In this document: positions 11,255 through 23,352 of the stretch, piece by piece | Position numbering within the stretch: position 1 is the stretch's first letter | How the letters are laid out: every line of letters begins with the position of its first letter | NCBI GenBank assembly: GCA_963575745.1 | Contig: CAUYUJ010000015.1 | Coordinates: forward strand, 496,001 to 560,000 | Direction of reading: 5' to 3' | DNA length: 64,000 nucleotides | Origin: Prorocentrum cordatum | Taxonomy: Eukaryota | Notes under the pieces: generated by a model | What the model saw: only the letters and a program-made list of their open reading frames with translations | Database searches by the model: none | Told to the model about the DNA's origin: nothing | Translations under genes and position numbers: made by a program

Positions 11255-12325
11255 TTTTGTGTTCCGCCGCAAAGGGAATCCTTTTGTATTCTACCTCAAG
11301 GAATCCGTTTGTATTTGCTATACATAGAATCCTTTTGTCTGCCGCAACAAAGATAATCCTTTTGTATTATGCAACAGAGGAATTCCTTGTGTATTCATAT
11401 ACAAAAGGATATATACACAAGGATTCCTTTTGTAATTCCTAGAGGTGCTGGAACCATTGTGTTTTCACAGTTTTTCAGAGAAATCCAATTAAAATCATTA
11501 GTTTCGTATGTGCCTGCACAGAGATTCGGAGAATTTTAATTGAAAATATTGTTTTTTTATGGCCAGGCACAGAGATCACAGTGATTTTAATGATTTTCCA
11601 ATTATGGAGAGTGGTTTTAATGAAAACTCTGTGAAAACACAAGGGTTCCATTGTTTTTCTAATCAGAAATCAAAGGAAACCTTGTGTTTTCACAGAGTTC
11701 TCATTAAAACCACTCTCCATAGTTGGAAAATCATTAAAATCTCTGTGATCTCTGTGCCTGGCCATAAAAAAAAACAATATTTTCAATTAAAATTCTCTGA
11801 ATCTCTGTGCAGGCACATACGAAACTAATGATTTTAATAGAAATTCTCTAAAAAGCTGTGAAAACACAATGGTTCCAGCACCTCTATCAATTTCAATAGG
11901 ATTCCCTTTGTGGCGGAATACAAAGGGATTCCTTTTGTGGCGGAATACAAAGGGATTTCCTTTTGTGGCGGAGTACAAAAGGATTCCCTTTGTGGCGGAA
12001 TACAACGGGATTTGCTTTTGTGGCGGAATACGAAGGGATTCCTTTTGTGGCGGAATACAAAGAGGTTCCTTTTGTCGAGGAATACAAAGGGATTCCTTTT
12101 GTGGCGGAATACAACGGGATTTGCTTTTGTGGCGGAATACGAAGGGATTCCTTTTTGTGGCGGAATACAAAGGGAGTCCTTTTGTGGCGGAATACAAAGG
12201 GATTCCTTTTGTGGCGGAATACAATGGGATTCCTTTTGTGGCGGATTACAAAGGGATTCCCATTGTTGTGGAATACAAAGGAATTTCTTTTGTGGTGCAA
12301 TACAAAAGAATTCCCTTTGTAGCGG
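11255..12325. mobile_element. Foldback-like structure: palindrome 11440-11886 flanked by inversely oriented 27-28 bp satellite arrays
   Basis: The arm starting TAGAGGTGCTGGAACCATTGTG (11440) is the reverse complement of the arm ending CACAATGGTTCCAGCACCTCTA (11886); the loop is at ~11661-11664. About 15 copies of TTGTGGCGGAATACAAAGGGATTCCT lie on the right and decayed reverse copies on the left. Confidence 0.8.
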
Positions 12326-12459
12326 GTTCCCACCCCTCACATCCCAAGGACGACCCCCCACCCCGCAACGAATGCAAAAAGCTTCGTTGTAGGTCACTCT
12401 GAAATAGTAACCCAAGGGAAGGTGTCAGGTTTTTTGGGGGCCGCGGACGGAAAATAAGT

Positions 12460-13035
12460 TTGGCGAAGAACCCAACCATATGCAATGGTGATTGCCGCTT
12501 TTGTTAGTTCCGTATGAGGTGGAGTTCCTTTGTGAGGCAACGCCCGCATGCGGGCTGTGTCGCTGGGGCCTTGGGTGAAGCTCCCTATTGGGCCACGAAG
12601 CGTGTGAGAGGGTGCCACAGGGGGCGTGACGCCCACGTGCGGGTTGCGCCATTGGGGCTTCGGGTGGAGTTCCCCGTGAGGCCACGAAACGTGTGAGGAG
12701 TGTGCCGAAATGGGCGTGGCGTCCACATGCGGGCTGCGCCATTGGGGCCTTGGGCGAAGCTCCCTATAAGGTCACGAAACGTGTTAGAGGGTGCCGAAGC
12801 GGGCGTGACGCCCACATGCGGGCTGCGCCAGTGGGGCTTTTTTAGTGGAACTCACCATGGGTCCACGAACCATGCGAGGGGTGTGCCGAAACGGTAAACT
12901 GATGCGAAGAGCAGAAGCAAGAATGGGAGGAGGGGGGGGAGGAAGGAAGGAAGGGAGGAAGGAAGGAAGGAGTGACGCGGGGCGCTGTCTTTTCGAAACG
13001 AGAACCTAATGTTGTCGGGTCACGTGTTTGGGAGG
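12460..13035 (+). mobile_element. Non-autonomous element with an internal ~90 bp GC-rich tandem repeat, copy 1
   Basis: Units GGGCCACGAA(A/G)CGTGTGAGGGG...; head and tail motifs shared with copies 2 and 3. Confidence 0.7.
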
Positions 13036-13684
13036 AGGGCGGGCCAGACTCCTGCCAGACCCTCCCGCCTGGGATCCCGAAACGATTGCTTGTTTGTAGT
13101 ATCGCAGGTTTTTGATGTGTTATGTTATTGCTTGTTTTTTTTGGTAGCGTCGCAGGCGCAGGTTCCGAGGTCAAACATGAAGGTAACTCGTTTCCTGACA
13201 TTGCAAAGCCAATCGAAACCAATGGGAGCCAAGAGAGTCACAAGGATTAGTTGTTTCCCGTTGGGTTGGTTCTTCCATGACAGCGAGGGTCTCCGTAATG
13301 CTGGACCACGAAACCTGTGACACCACCAAAACGTGTGACATGATCAAGAAATACAAAGTCAAAGGTTTTCTGAGTCACGGCTTGGCGGCCAGGGTGGCCG
13401 CCAAGCCGTCCCCTTCGCAGGCGTCCTCAGGGAGAGGGCGTTGTCGCCGTCCGTCCTTGTCCTCGTCGTTATCGTCCTCGTCCTCGTCGTCGTTGTCGCT
13501 GTTGTCGTCGTCGCCGCGGTCAGGGGGCGAGCGCCTGTGCAGGTTCGCTTCCTGCCTCCCTTCCTCCTCTCACTTCGACCCTCTTCTGGGAGCGGTGGCC
13601 GTGGGGGGTGATACCTGCGAATCCCGCTGCCGAGATCAGCGGCTCCCGCCCTAAAATTGAAAAGTCGGGGTGACCGAGACTCTA

Positions 13685-13756
<72 letters not shown>

Positions 13757-14774
13757 AGGGTAGAGGTTTCGAATCTCAGGCAGGCGATTTGCATTGAGGT
13801 GTTTGATTGGAGCTTACGGGGCAAGCTCGGGGTGAATCCTTTTTCTGAGTTATTCATGATTCTGTTGTGCATTGAGACATGTGGGCTCCACGTGGATCGG
13901 ATCAGCTTTTTTTTCACAGGCCCCCGATGGGAGCTGGGACTTCGGCAGCAGTGAGGGGATCAGGCTTTCATCAAGGTTTTTCAGTCTCTCGATGTGTTTG
14001 TAGGTTTCCTCCAGGAGCGTCCGGAAGTTTCCCCGCTCGCCGAGACCAGCTTCGCCGGTCGCTTGGTTACTGTTTTTCTTGCTTGCCTTGTCAAATTTCT
14101 TCGCTGGGGGGAATGAGTTTCCCTTGTCGCTTGCCGAAGCTTCTTCGCCTGGCCGCGGAAATGTCTCCCTCTCGCCCGCCTGTCGACCCCTCTGGGCCGG
14201 ATGGATCACAGCACCATATAAGGTTTGTTCATGACCTCTGTTGGCGGGGTAGGTGCAGTCCTGCGCTCCTTGCAACACCTAGCTTTCTACTGTAGGTGGT
14301 TCGCCGACTTGTGGAGCCCCGGGCTGTCATTTTGTCGCGGCCACTGTTCTTTCTGCATTATCTCTCTCCCTCCCCCTCGCTCTCTCACTCTCTCTTTCTC
14401 TCTCTCTCTCTCTCTTTCTCTCTGCCTCCCTCGCTGCCACCCTGGGGATGATATGAATATGGGCGTTTTTGTTATCTATCGCTGTGATAACGTCTGTCCG
14501 TTGCTGTCTATCGTTCGCGTTTCCTCCCTGCCCCCCCTCCCTCGCCCATCCCGCCTTGATTGTCGCTGTGCGTGCTAAGGTCGGAGGTGAGGGGGTGAGA
14601 TCGAAGTGGAACGGAGACCCCCCCTACCGGGAAAGCGGTTTCGGTTTCGTGTTCGTGCGTGCCGTGCGTGCAGGCGAGGCGAAGCTGCCTGCGGCTGAGG
14701 CGCGGCCGGACCAAAAGTCTCCCTTCTGGCAACCAGTGCCGCGCGGTGTCCCGCCGGTGTCCCGCTGTGGCTGA

Positions 14775-15875
14775 ATGATGATGATGATGTCGATGATGTT
14801 GTTGTTTGAAAATGGTGATGTGATGACGATGGTGCCCCGATGATGATGACGATGATGACGATGATGATCTTGACGATGTTGATGATGATGATGGTGATGG
14901 TGGTGATGATGATGGTGCCCCGATTATGATGATGGTGTTGATGATGATGATGATGTTGTTGATGATGATGGTGTCCCGATGATGATGATGATGGTGATGA
15001 GCATGGCATGATGATGATATGATGATGATGAAGATGATGGTGTCCCGATGATGATGGTGAGGAGGTTGATGATGATGTTGTTGATGATGAGGGTGATGCT
15101 GATTATGATGGTGTCCCGATGGTGATGATGTTGATGCTGATGATGATGACGATGATGGTGTCCCGATGATGATGATGACGATGATTTTGATGATGAAGAC
15201 GATAATGAGGTGATGATGACGATTTTGATGATGGTGGCCCGCTAATGGTGCTGTTGATGGTGGTGATGATGATGGTGTCCCGATGATGATGATGGTGATG
15301 CTTATGATGGTTACGATGATGATGGTGTTTCGATGATGATGTTGATCATGATGTTGTTGCTGACGATTATGCTGGTGTCCCGATGATAACGATAATGATG
15401 ATGATGATGTCGATGATGTTGTTCATGATGAAGATGAAATGATGATGATGATGATGATGATGATGATGGTGGTGTTCCGATGATGGTGATGGTGTCCCGA
15501 TAATGATGATGTTCATGATGGCTGTGACGATGATGGTGTCCCGATGATGATGTTGATGATAATGGTGGTGATGATGGTGATGAGGTGATGATGATGATGG
15601 TGGTGTCTCGAGGATGATGGTGATGTTGATGACGATGGTGTTGGTGATGATGATGACGTTGATTGTGATATCGATTGTGAAATCGATAGTGAGACCGATA
15701 GTGAGACCGAATGTGAGATCGATTATGAGATCGATAGTTAGATCGATTGTAGTCAGATCGATTGCGAGATCGATCGAATGAAATAGATCGAGTGAGATCG
15801 ATCGAGTGAGATCGATCGAGCGAGACCAATAGTGAGATCGATAGTGAGATCGATAGTGCGACCGATCGAGTGAGA
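14775..15875. repeat. (GAT)n microsatellite punctuated by GGTGTCCCGAT, grading into GAGATCGAT repeats
   Basis: Direct inspection. Confidence 0.92.
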
Positions 15876-16149
15876 CGTTGGTTCCTCCCCCCCCAAACCT
15901 CGTTATCACCCGAAGGGTGGTCGTATAGGTATAACAGAAATTGCCGTTTGAGCTCCTGGGGGGCCGTCGCACAGCGCCCTTGCCCCTTCGCCTCCTCCTC
16001 ATCCTCCTCCACTTCCTCCTCCTCCTTTTCTTCCTTTCCTTTCCCTTGTGAATAACTCTTCAGTGTCGTACCCCGAGGCCAGTCGGAAAGGCGGGCAGGG
16101 CGTTTCGTTCGAGTTTTCTTTATCATGTGTGCGCATGAAGCTCAAAGAT

Positions 16150-16565
16150 TGGGAACAGCCCCACAGATGGAGGGCGTGCCGCTTCCAAGTGTAGCTCTCG
16201 CTTTATCGCCGCTCATACTCGCTTTAAACATTTGCCAGAGCTTCACAGATGAAGGGTGGGTCGTTTCCAAAATGTGGCTCTCGCCTAAGCGCCGCGCACA
16301 ATCGTCTTCACAGTTTGCAGAAGCTCCACGGATTGAGGGTGGGTGGTTTTCAAAATGCGATTCTCGCTTCAGCGCCGCGCACACTCGTTCTGAATATCTG
16401 CAAGAGCTTCACAGATTGAGGGCGGGTCGTTTTCAAAATGTGGCTCTCACCTTAACGCCGCGCGCATTTGGTTTAAAATATTCGCAAGGGTTTCACGGAT
16501 CGTTCCTTTTCAACATGCGGTTCTCGCCCTAGCGCCGTGCACACTCGTGTTGAATATTTGCTAGA
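16150..16565 (+). repeat. Degenerate ~85-90 bp tandem repeat (CAAAATGTGGCTCTCGCCTAAGCGCCGCGCACA...)
   Basis: 4-5 recognisable units. Confidence 0.7.
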
Positions 16566-17059
16566 TGTTCATTGGTTCTCATGGTTAATGAACCAGCATT
16601 GGCGTTTTGGAACGATTCAGGGTTCTCAAGGCGCAGCAGTTGCGTTGATTCGCGGCATTGGAACCCCAGGAATGACGTTCCGGCACGATTCAGGATCGTC
16701 AAGACGCAACAATGTTGTTGATAATTGGCGTTGAAGTCTTGGGAATGGTGTTTTGGCACGCTTCAAAATTTCCATACAGCTATCCTTCAACGGGGTATTT
16801 ACTGCCCTCCGTAGAAATGAACCCCTGTAGGGGCCAATGAAGAGGTAGCTTGGAGGGAGGGTGTATTCCAACATCTTTGATGAGTCTTGGGTTTGCACTG
16901 CCCCTCCCCCTCCTCCTCCTCCTCCTCCTCCTCCTCCTCCTCCTCCTTTTTCTTCCTGTCCTTCCCATCCGTGTCCGAATTCAGGGCTCGAGTTCCGGCC
17001 ACGCTTGCCGGACCGTCGTAGTGCACAGCTGGAGGCTTCACCTTGGTGTCCATTCCGTT

Positions 17060-17818
17060 CTGGCGAAGGGCCCAGTCATATGCAGTTGTGAGAGCTGCAT
17101 TTTGGGTACCCGTTTCGGAGGAGCCCCCTATTAGGCCACGAATCGTGTGGCGGGTGCGCCGACAGGGGGCGGGGCTGCCGTACGAACCCTGCCACTGGGG
17201 CTTTCGGTGGAGTTCCTTCTGGGGCCACGAAGCGTGTGAGGAGTGTGCCGAAACGGGGCGGTACCGACATGCAAACCCTACCATTGGGGCCTGAGGTGGA
17301 GCTTCTTATGGGGCCGCGGAACGTGTGAGGGGTATATGGGAATGGCGAGGGGCCGCCATGCGTACCCTGCCAACGGGGCATGCGATGATCTTCCTATGGG
17401 GCCACGAAACGTACGAGGGGTGTGCCGAAATGGGGTGGGGCCGCCATGCGAACCCTGCCACTGGGGCCTTCGGTGGAGCCCCCCTGTGGGGCCACAAAAT
17501 GCGACAGGGCCGCCATGCGCAAAATGCCACTGGGGCCTTCGGTGGAGCTCCCTGTGCGGTCACAAAGCGTGTGAGGGACATGCCGGAATTCATGCACAGA
17601 GAAGGGCAGAGGCAGGGACGAGGAGAAGGGAGGAGGGAGCAGAGAGGGGGGGGAGGAGGAGAAGGGACGAGGGAAAAGAGACGAGGAGAAGGGACGAGGG
17701 ACGAGGGAGGAGGAGAAGGGACGAGGGAGAAGGGAGGAGGAGAAGGGACGAGGGAAAAGATACGCGGGGCGCTGCTCATTTCAAACGAGGGCCCAACGCC
17801 ACAGGACTGTTGGGAAAA
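17060..17818 (+). mobile_element. Non-autonomous element with a ~90 bp tandem repeat, copy 2
   Basis: Head GAAGGGCCCAGTCATATGCA, same repeat units, tail AAACGAGGGCCCAACGCCACAGGACTGTTGGGAAAA. Confidence 0.75.
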
Positions 17819-18286
17819 AGCTCCCGGAGGTCGCGGTGGCTGTGGCCGCGGCTATGCCGGCGTGCCCCGCCGAGCCGGGCCTGGAGCCCGCCTCGTCGCC
17901 GTCTTCGCCGTCGCCGCGGCCGCTGGTGTCGTCATTGTCCTCGTTTGTGTTCTCGTCGACGTCGTCACCATCGTCGTCACCCTCGTCATCATCCTCGTCG
18001 GCCTCGTCGTCGTCCCTGTACTCGTCAACCCTCCCCTCGTCCTCCACGCTGTCGCCGTCCTCGTCGTTCGTGCTCGGCTGCGGGTTCCGACGGGTCTTGC
18101 TCCCCCCGCCACCCGCAGCGTATCTTTCGTTTGCTGCTTACGCGCGCCACCCAAAGCACAATCCTGACCGTTCTCTTCGTCCTGATCCTCCTGCTCCTGT
18201 TCCGCCCCCCCATCCTCGCGCCTCGACCTGCTGCACCTTCCGTCTCCTTCTCTTCCTTCACCTCATCTTCCTCTTTCTCCTCCTAC

Positions 18287-18308
18287 TCCGCAGCCATTTT
18301 GGCTCAAG
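18287..18308 (+). other. Dinoflagellate spliced-leader relic
   Basis: TCCGCAGCCATTTTGGCTCAAG matches the consensus DCCGTAGCCATTTTGGCTCAAG at 21 of 22 positions. Confidence 0.88.
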
Positions 18309-18984
18309 GTGTAAAGCTTATGTGGGGACAGAGTGGATACCGCCAGTCCTCAGCCAGACTCCGACGGTTGACACTCTCGCCGGAGACTCGCACTCACGCT
18401 GGCACGGGAGGCTCTTCCACCACGACCCACGTGGCGTCGGCCCTGTATGCGGAAATTGGGAGAGTCGACGTCTCATTTCGCATCATGGCAGTCCGAGCGA
18501 CGCGCGCTGCGAGGGAAGAGGACGAAAAGGCCCACGGGGAGCGCAGTCACAGTCGCAGGTGCCGCCGTGCTGATGTACCTCATCGTCATGTTACTGGGCG
18601 CTACCGGCCGCGAGACCCGCCCCCTGCTGCTGCCGAGGCTTCGCGGGCAGAGTGGTGTCCATCAGTTTCCCACGCCCAGAAGCGGGGCGGTGAGGAGTTG
18701 GCCCGCCGTGACCCCTCGGGCTGGAGGACAGGAAGCACGGGGGAGAGCATGAGGACTCCAGACACGCCAGGGTCCAGCCACTTTCGGGAGCTGACCGAGG
18801 ATGGGCTGCTGCTGCTGGCGCAGCGGGTGCTGTGCCCGCCGCGGGGCCTCAGGCTGCCAACTGCCTCCTGATGATACTCAGGAGGGAACAAAGCACACAG
18901 ACACTATGAATCGTCGATCTCCGAGAAAATATTTGAAAATATGGGAAGGGGGGGGAGACAAAAAAACAGAAAATATAGGAAAGT

Positions 18985-19443
18985 ATGGGGAATCCTGTTA
19001 TTTGTGTCTATTTATTTGTGTGTCCCAGGGCACCTTCAGATACACTGGAACAGCGTCTCTCCTTCACCATCGGAATGCAGCTCTCCAACATCCAGGGGGA
19101 GCTCCAGTCCTTTATTGGTGCGTCGGTCGCTGCTTCCAGGAGCAACACAGTCGAGCCGGACGTCCGCAGGGTTCAGGATCGCGCTGCCGCCCTCGAGGAA
19201 GACCAGCAGAACCTTCGGCGCGAGGTTGCGCGCATGCAGCAGACGCTGGCGATGACGGAGTGTGCTCCAGCATCGGAGGGCATCGACGTCGTACGATTGA
19301 CCCAGTGGGATCGCCCGGCCAGCCCGCGCCTGTTCAGCATCAACACGGAGACGGAGGCCACTAAAAAAGAGCTGTTCGAGGATCTCGCCCCTTGGGTGGA
19401 CGCTGTTAGGCCAGATCGATATCATTGCGTCAGATGCGCCTGA
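18985..19443 (+). pseudogene. LINE ORF1-like coiled-coil fragment
   Basis: Heptad-like VRRVQDRAAALEEDQQNLRREVARMQQTL; lies between the spliced-leader relic and the endonuclease remnant. Confidence 0.5.
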
Positions 19444-19459
19444 CAAACAATAATATTGG

Positions 19460-21174
19460 TGAAGGGCCCAACCAAATGCAAATGTTGGTACCTCGTTGTG
19501 GGCACCGCTTTCGGCGGAGATCCCTGTAGAGCCACGAAGCGCGTGAGGGGCATGCCGACATGGGGCGGCGGTGCCATGCGAACTTTCCCGCTGGGGCATT
19601 CGGTGGAACTCCTTATGGGGCAACGAAGCGTGTGAGGGGTGTGCCAAAATGGGGCGGCGGCGCCATGCGACCTTTCCTAAAGACGCCTTAGGTGGAGCTC
19701 TCTATGGGAACACGAAACGCGTGAGGGGTTTGCCGAAATGGGGCGGCGATGCCATGCGAACTTTCCCACGGGGGCCCTCGGTGGAGATCCCAATGGGGCA
19801 TAATGGGGCCACGAAACGTTTGAGGGCGTGCCGACATGGGGCGGCGTTTCCATGCGAACTTTCCCACGGGGGCTTCAGGTGAAGCTCCCTATGTGGCCAC
19901 GAAACGCGTGACGTGTGTGCGTGTGTGTGTGTGCTTGCCGAAATGGGGCGGCGGTGCCATGCGACCTTCCCCACCGGGACCTTAGGTGGAGCTCCTTATG
20001 GGGCCACGAAACATGCGAGGGGTGTGCCGACATGGGGCGGCGCCTTGCGACTTTCCCCACGCGGGCCTCAGGTGGAGCCCCCTTACGGGACCACGAAACG
20101 CGCGAGGGTGGGGCGGGGGTGGGTGGGGGGGTGGGGGGGCGAAATGGGGAGGAGTTGCCATACGAACTGGCGCTTTCGGTGGAGCTCCCTATGGGGCCGC
20201 GAAACGTTCGAGGGGCGTGCAGAAGTAGGGCGGCGGCGCCATGCAAACTTTCCCACTGGGGTCTTCGGTGCAGCTCCCTATGGGGCCACGAAGCGTGCGA
20301 GGGCGCGCCGAAATGGGGCGGCGGTGCCATGCGAATTTCCCCACTGGGGCCTTCGGTGGAGCCCCCGTGGGGCCACGAAGCGTGCTAGGGGCGCGCCGAC
20401 ATGGGGCGGCGGCGCCACGCGAACTTTCCCACGGGGGCTTCAGGTGAAGCTCCCCATGGGGCCGCGAAACGCGTGAGGGGCATGCCGAAATGGGGCGGCG
20501 GTGCCATGCGACCTACCCCACGGGTGCCTCAGGGGGAACCCCCATATGGGGCCGCGAAACGTGCGAGGGGCGTGCAGAAGTAGGGCGGCGGCGCCACGCA
20601 AACTTTCCCACTGGGGTCTTCGGTGCAGCTCCCTATGGGGCCACGAAGCGTGCGAGGGCGCGCCGAAATGGGGCGGCGGTGCCATGCGAACTTCCCCACT
20701 GGGGCCTTCGGTGGAGCCCCCCGTGGGGCCACGAAGCGTGCTAGGGGCGCGCCGACATGGGGCGGCGGCGCCACGCGAACTTTCCCACGGGGGCTTCAGG
20801 TGAAGCTCCCCATGGGGCCGCGAAACGCGTGAGGGGCATGCCGAAATGGGGCGGCGGTGCCATGCGACCTTCCCCACGGGTGCCTTAGGGGGAGGCCCCC
20901 ATATGGGGCCGCGAAACGTGCGGGGGCGCGCCGAAATGAGGCGGCGGTGCCTTGCGACCTTCCCGACTGGGGCCTTCGGTGGAGCCCACCCCCATAGGAC
21001 CACGAAACGCGAGGGGCGCGCCAGAGCGAGGGCAGCGACGGGAGGAGGGAGGAGGAGGGGGAGGGGGAACGCGGGGAATGTCTTTTCAAAACGAGGAAGG
21101 GGGAGGGAGGAAGGAGGAACGCGGGGATTGTCTTTTCAAAACGAGGACCCAACACCACAGGATGGCCGGGAGAA
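19460..21174 (+). mobile_element. Non-autonomous element with a ~90 bp tandem repeat, copy 3 (about 16 units), inserted in the LINE remnant
   Basis: Head GAAGGGCCCAACCAAATGCA, tail CAAAACGAGGACCCAACACCACAGGATGGCCGGGAGAAA. Confidence 0.8.
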
Positions 21175-21358
21175 ATGTCATTTGCCCAGGTGTTGCGGTT
21201 GGAACCATTCATGCCCAGGCCTTGGTCAGGGCCCAACGTGTTGCTACTGGTAGGTGAAAGAAATTCAGTGCCATTGGTGTTGAATGATACGGGAGTAACG
21301 TCGTCATCGGATCCGACGCGAAGTTCAAACAAAGAAGCGACAGCCAGTTCTGCACCGG

Positions 21359-22200
21359 ATGGCGCCCAATCGTGGCTGGTGGTCCAAGAGACAGCAAGAC
21401 TTGGTCGTCTGCGGCGATCTCCTCACCGTGGAGGCGGTCCCTGGCGCTGCCCCCAACGACCATGCCAAGTTCCACTGGGGCCCCCAGGCCGTCGCACAGT
21501 ACCGCATTGATGATGACGCGGCCAGTGAGGCGTTGCACCAGCTCTTCGAGAGGTGGATTCGTCATCCTGGTCGTTATCATGACGCGAGATGGTGGCAATG
21601 GGACATTGGCCCTGGAGGGCCACAGGTCGAAATTGTTGATGGGAACGCTGCTGCCTTGATTTGCAGAGACAGGCGCCGTCGCCGACTCGAGCTGCAGGTA
21701 GGGCAGATGAAGCGCAGGGTCAGCACTTGCTTCAAGGAGGAGCACGGCACGTCCGAGTCGCTCACTAACCTCCTGCGCCTGTGCCCCCACGAGTTCAAAA
21801 TCAACGCGCCATGGGCGCCCCTGCCGGCGTCGGAGTCGTCGCTATCCTGATCCCATTGCGCTCAGCAGACCAACTCGCCGTTCATGATGCTTACTCACTG
21901 CCAGATTTCGAGCGCACAGAGCTTGCGCAGAACGGCCGAGCTCATTCCACGACCATTGAGGACGCCACGCTCGGCCATCAGGATTCTGAACATTTCGCAA
22001 TCATGAACTTGACGACGATCAGAGAGCTGCGAACGCATCGACACGGCGGCGGAATGCCTTCAGGACCAGAACCGACGAGACCAAGCGCTTGGCCCTTGCG
22101 ATCGGCGACATCAGCGCGCCAGATAAACCGACGGACTCGCCGCTCTACCCAGGGCCGCGACAGGTCTCTTCAACGGTCAAATGACCGCGATAGTGACAGA
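21359..22200 (+). pseudogene. Degraded LINE ORF1 end and APE-type endonuclease start
   Basis: GNAAALICRDRRRRRL...CFKEEHG and GVVAILIP resemble the APE N-terminal (W)N..L, QE.H and GVAIL motifs; frameshifted. Confidence 0.5.
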
Positions 22201-22570
22201 CCTCCCCGCCCATTTTCCTCGCCCCAACTCCACTCTCCTCGATGGACCGTGCCTTCATCCCCCCATCGCCCCACTGTCTCTGTGGAGCCGAAACGACTCT
22301 GGACCTGATCCAGGAGGCCACCGAATTTCCTCAGTAGCGCCCAAGCGATCACGCGATATTGTCTCGCGCTGAAGCCTCGCAGGGGGGCGCTTGTCGGGCG
22401 ACAAAAGATCCCGCCGTTTATCGAGACCCCCCGATTCTCTGAAATGCCCCGCCGCTGTCTCGACGGCCGCGACCTCGGACCCCCCCGTCGACGCCTGGCC
22501 CTCCCTCAAAGAGAACGCGATCGCGGCCGCCACGGCAACTCGCCAAGCACTTCTGAAGTTCCCCAAGGGC

Positions 22571-22700
22571 TTGGCATCGCTCGGACGCGTGCATTTTTTC
22601 GTCGGCGAGGACCATCGAGGAGCATCCTTGATCATTTGGCGAAAAAACCACGCACGAAACCGAAAAAAACACAGTGAATGGACGTCCGAGCGATGGCGAG
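22571..22700 (+). repeat. ~130 bp dispersed repeat (second copy at ~55487-55612)
   Basis: GCATCGCTCGGACG..GAGGACCATCGAGGAGCATCC..AAAAAACCACGCACGAAAC..TGGACGTCCGAGCGATGGC is present in both. Confidence 0.88.
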
Positions 22701-22972
22701 AGGGGGGCCAGGGGCTCATCGCTCGATCGCCCGCGCCGCCCGGCCACAGGAAGCGCGCGCAGCCTCGAGGACTCAGCGGGGCCCCGAACATGGCCAGAAC
22801 CACCCGCGAATTGCAGGCGCGCGAGTGGACCCCAAGGAGTCCGACAGCTCTAGGGGGAAGTCATTGCCCTGGACTTTCTGCGCCACGGGAAGTTTCAGGC
22901 CGAGGCTGCGAATCGTTTGCGCTCGAACCCCTCGCGAGGTGTAGCCCTGGGGCAAGCTCCGGGCCGCCTCGA

Positions 22973-22999
22973 TGCGTGGGCGCGTGCGTGCGCGCATGC

Positions 23000-23030
<31 letters not shown>

Positions 23031-23352
23031 CGTGTGCATGTGCGTGTGCGTGTGCGCGCGCGTGTGCGCGCGCGTGTGCGTGTGCGTGTGCGTGTGCGTG
23101 TGCGTGCGCGTGCGCGCGTGCGCGTGTATGTGTGCGTGTGTGCGTGTGTGCGTGTGCGCGTGTGTGCGCGTGTGTGCGCGTGTGTGCGCGTGTGTGTGTG
23201 TGCGTGTGCGTGTGTGCGTGTGTGTGTGAGTGTGAGTGTGAGTGTGAGTGTGAGTGTGAGTGTGAGTGTGAGAGTGTGTGAGAGTGTGTGAGAGTGTGTG
23301 TGAGTGTGAGTGTGAGTGTGAGTGTGTGTGTGTGTGTGTGTGTGCGTGTGTG
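22973..23352. repeat. (TG/CG)n compound microsatellite
   Basis: Direct inspection. Confidence 0.95.

Noticed and set aside
11787..12415. Overlapping repetitive ORFs
   Set aside because: Translations of the 27-28 bp satellite
13040..14340. Coding-looking fragments (13277..13654, 13850..14278)
   Set aside because: Short, interrupted and with no recognisable motif
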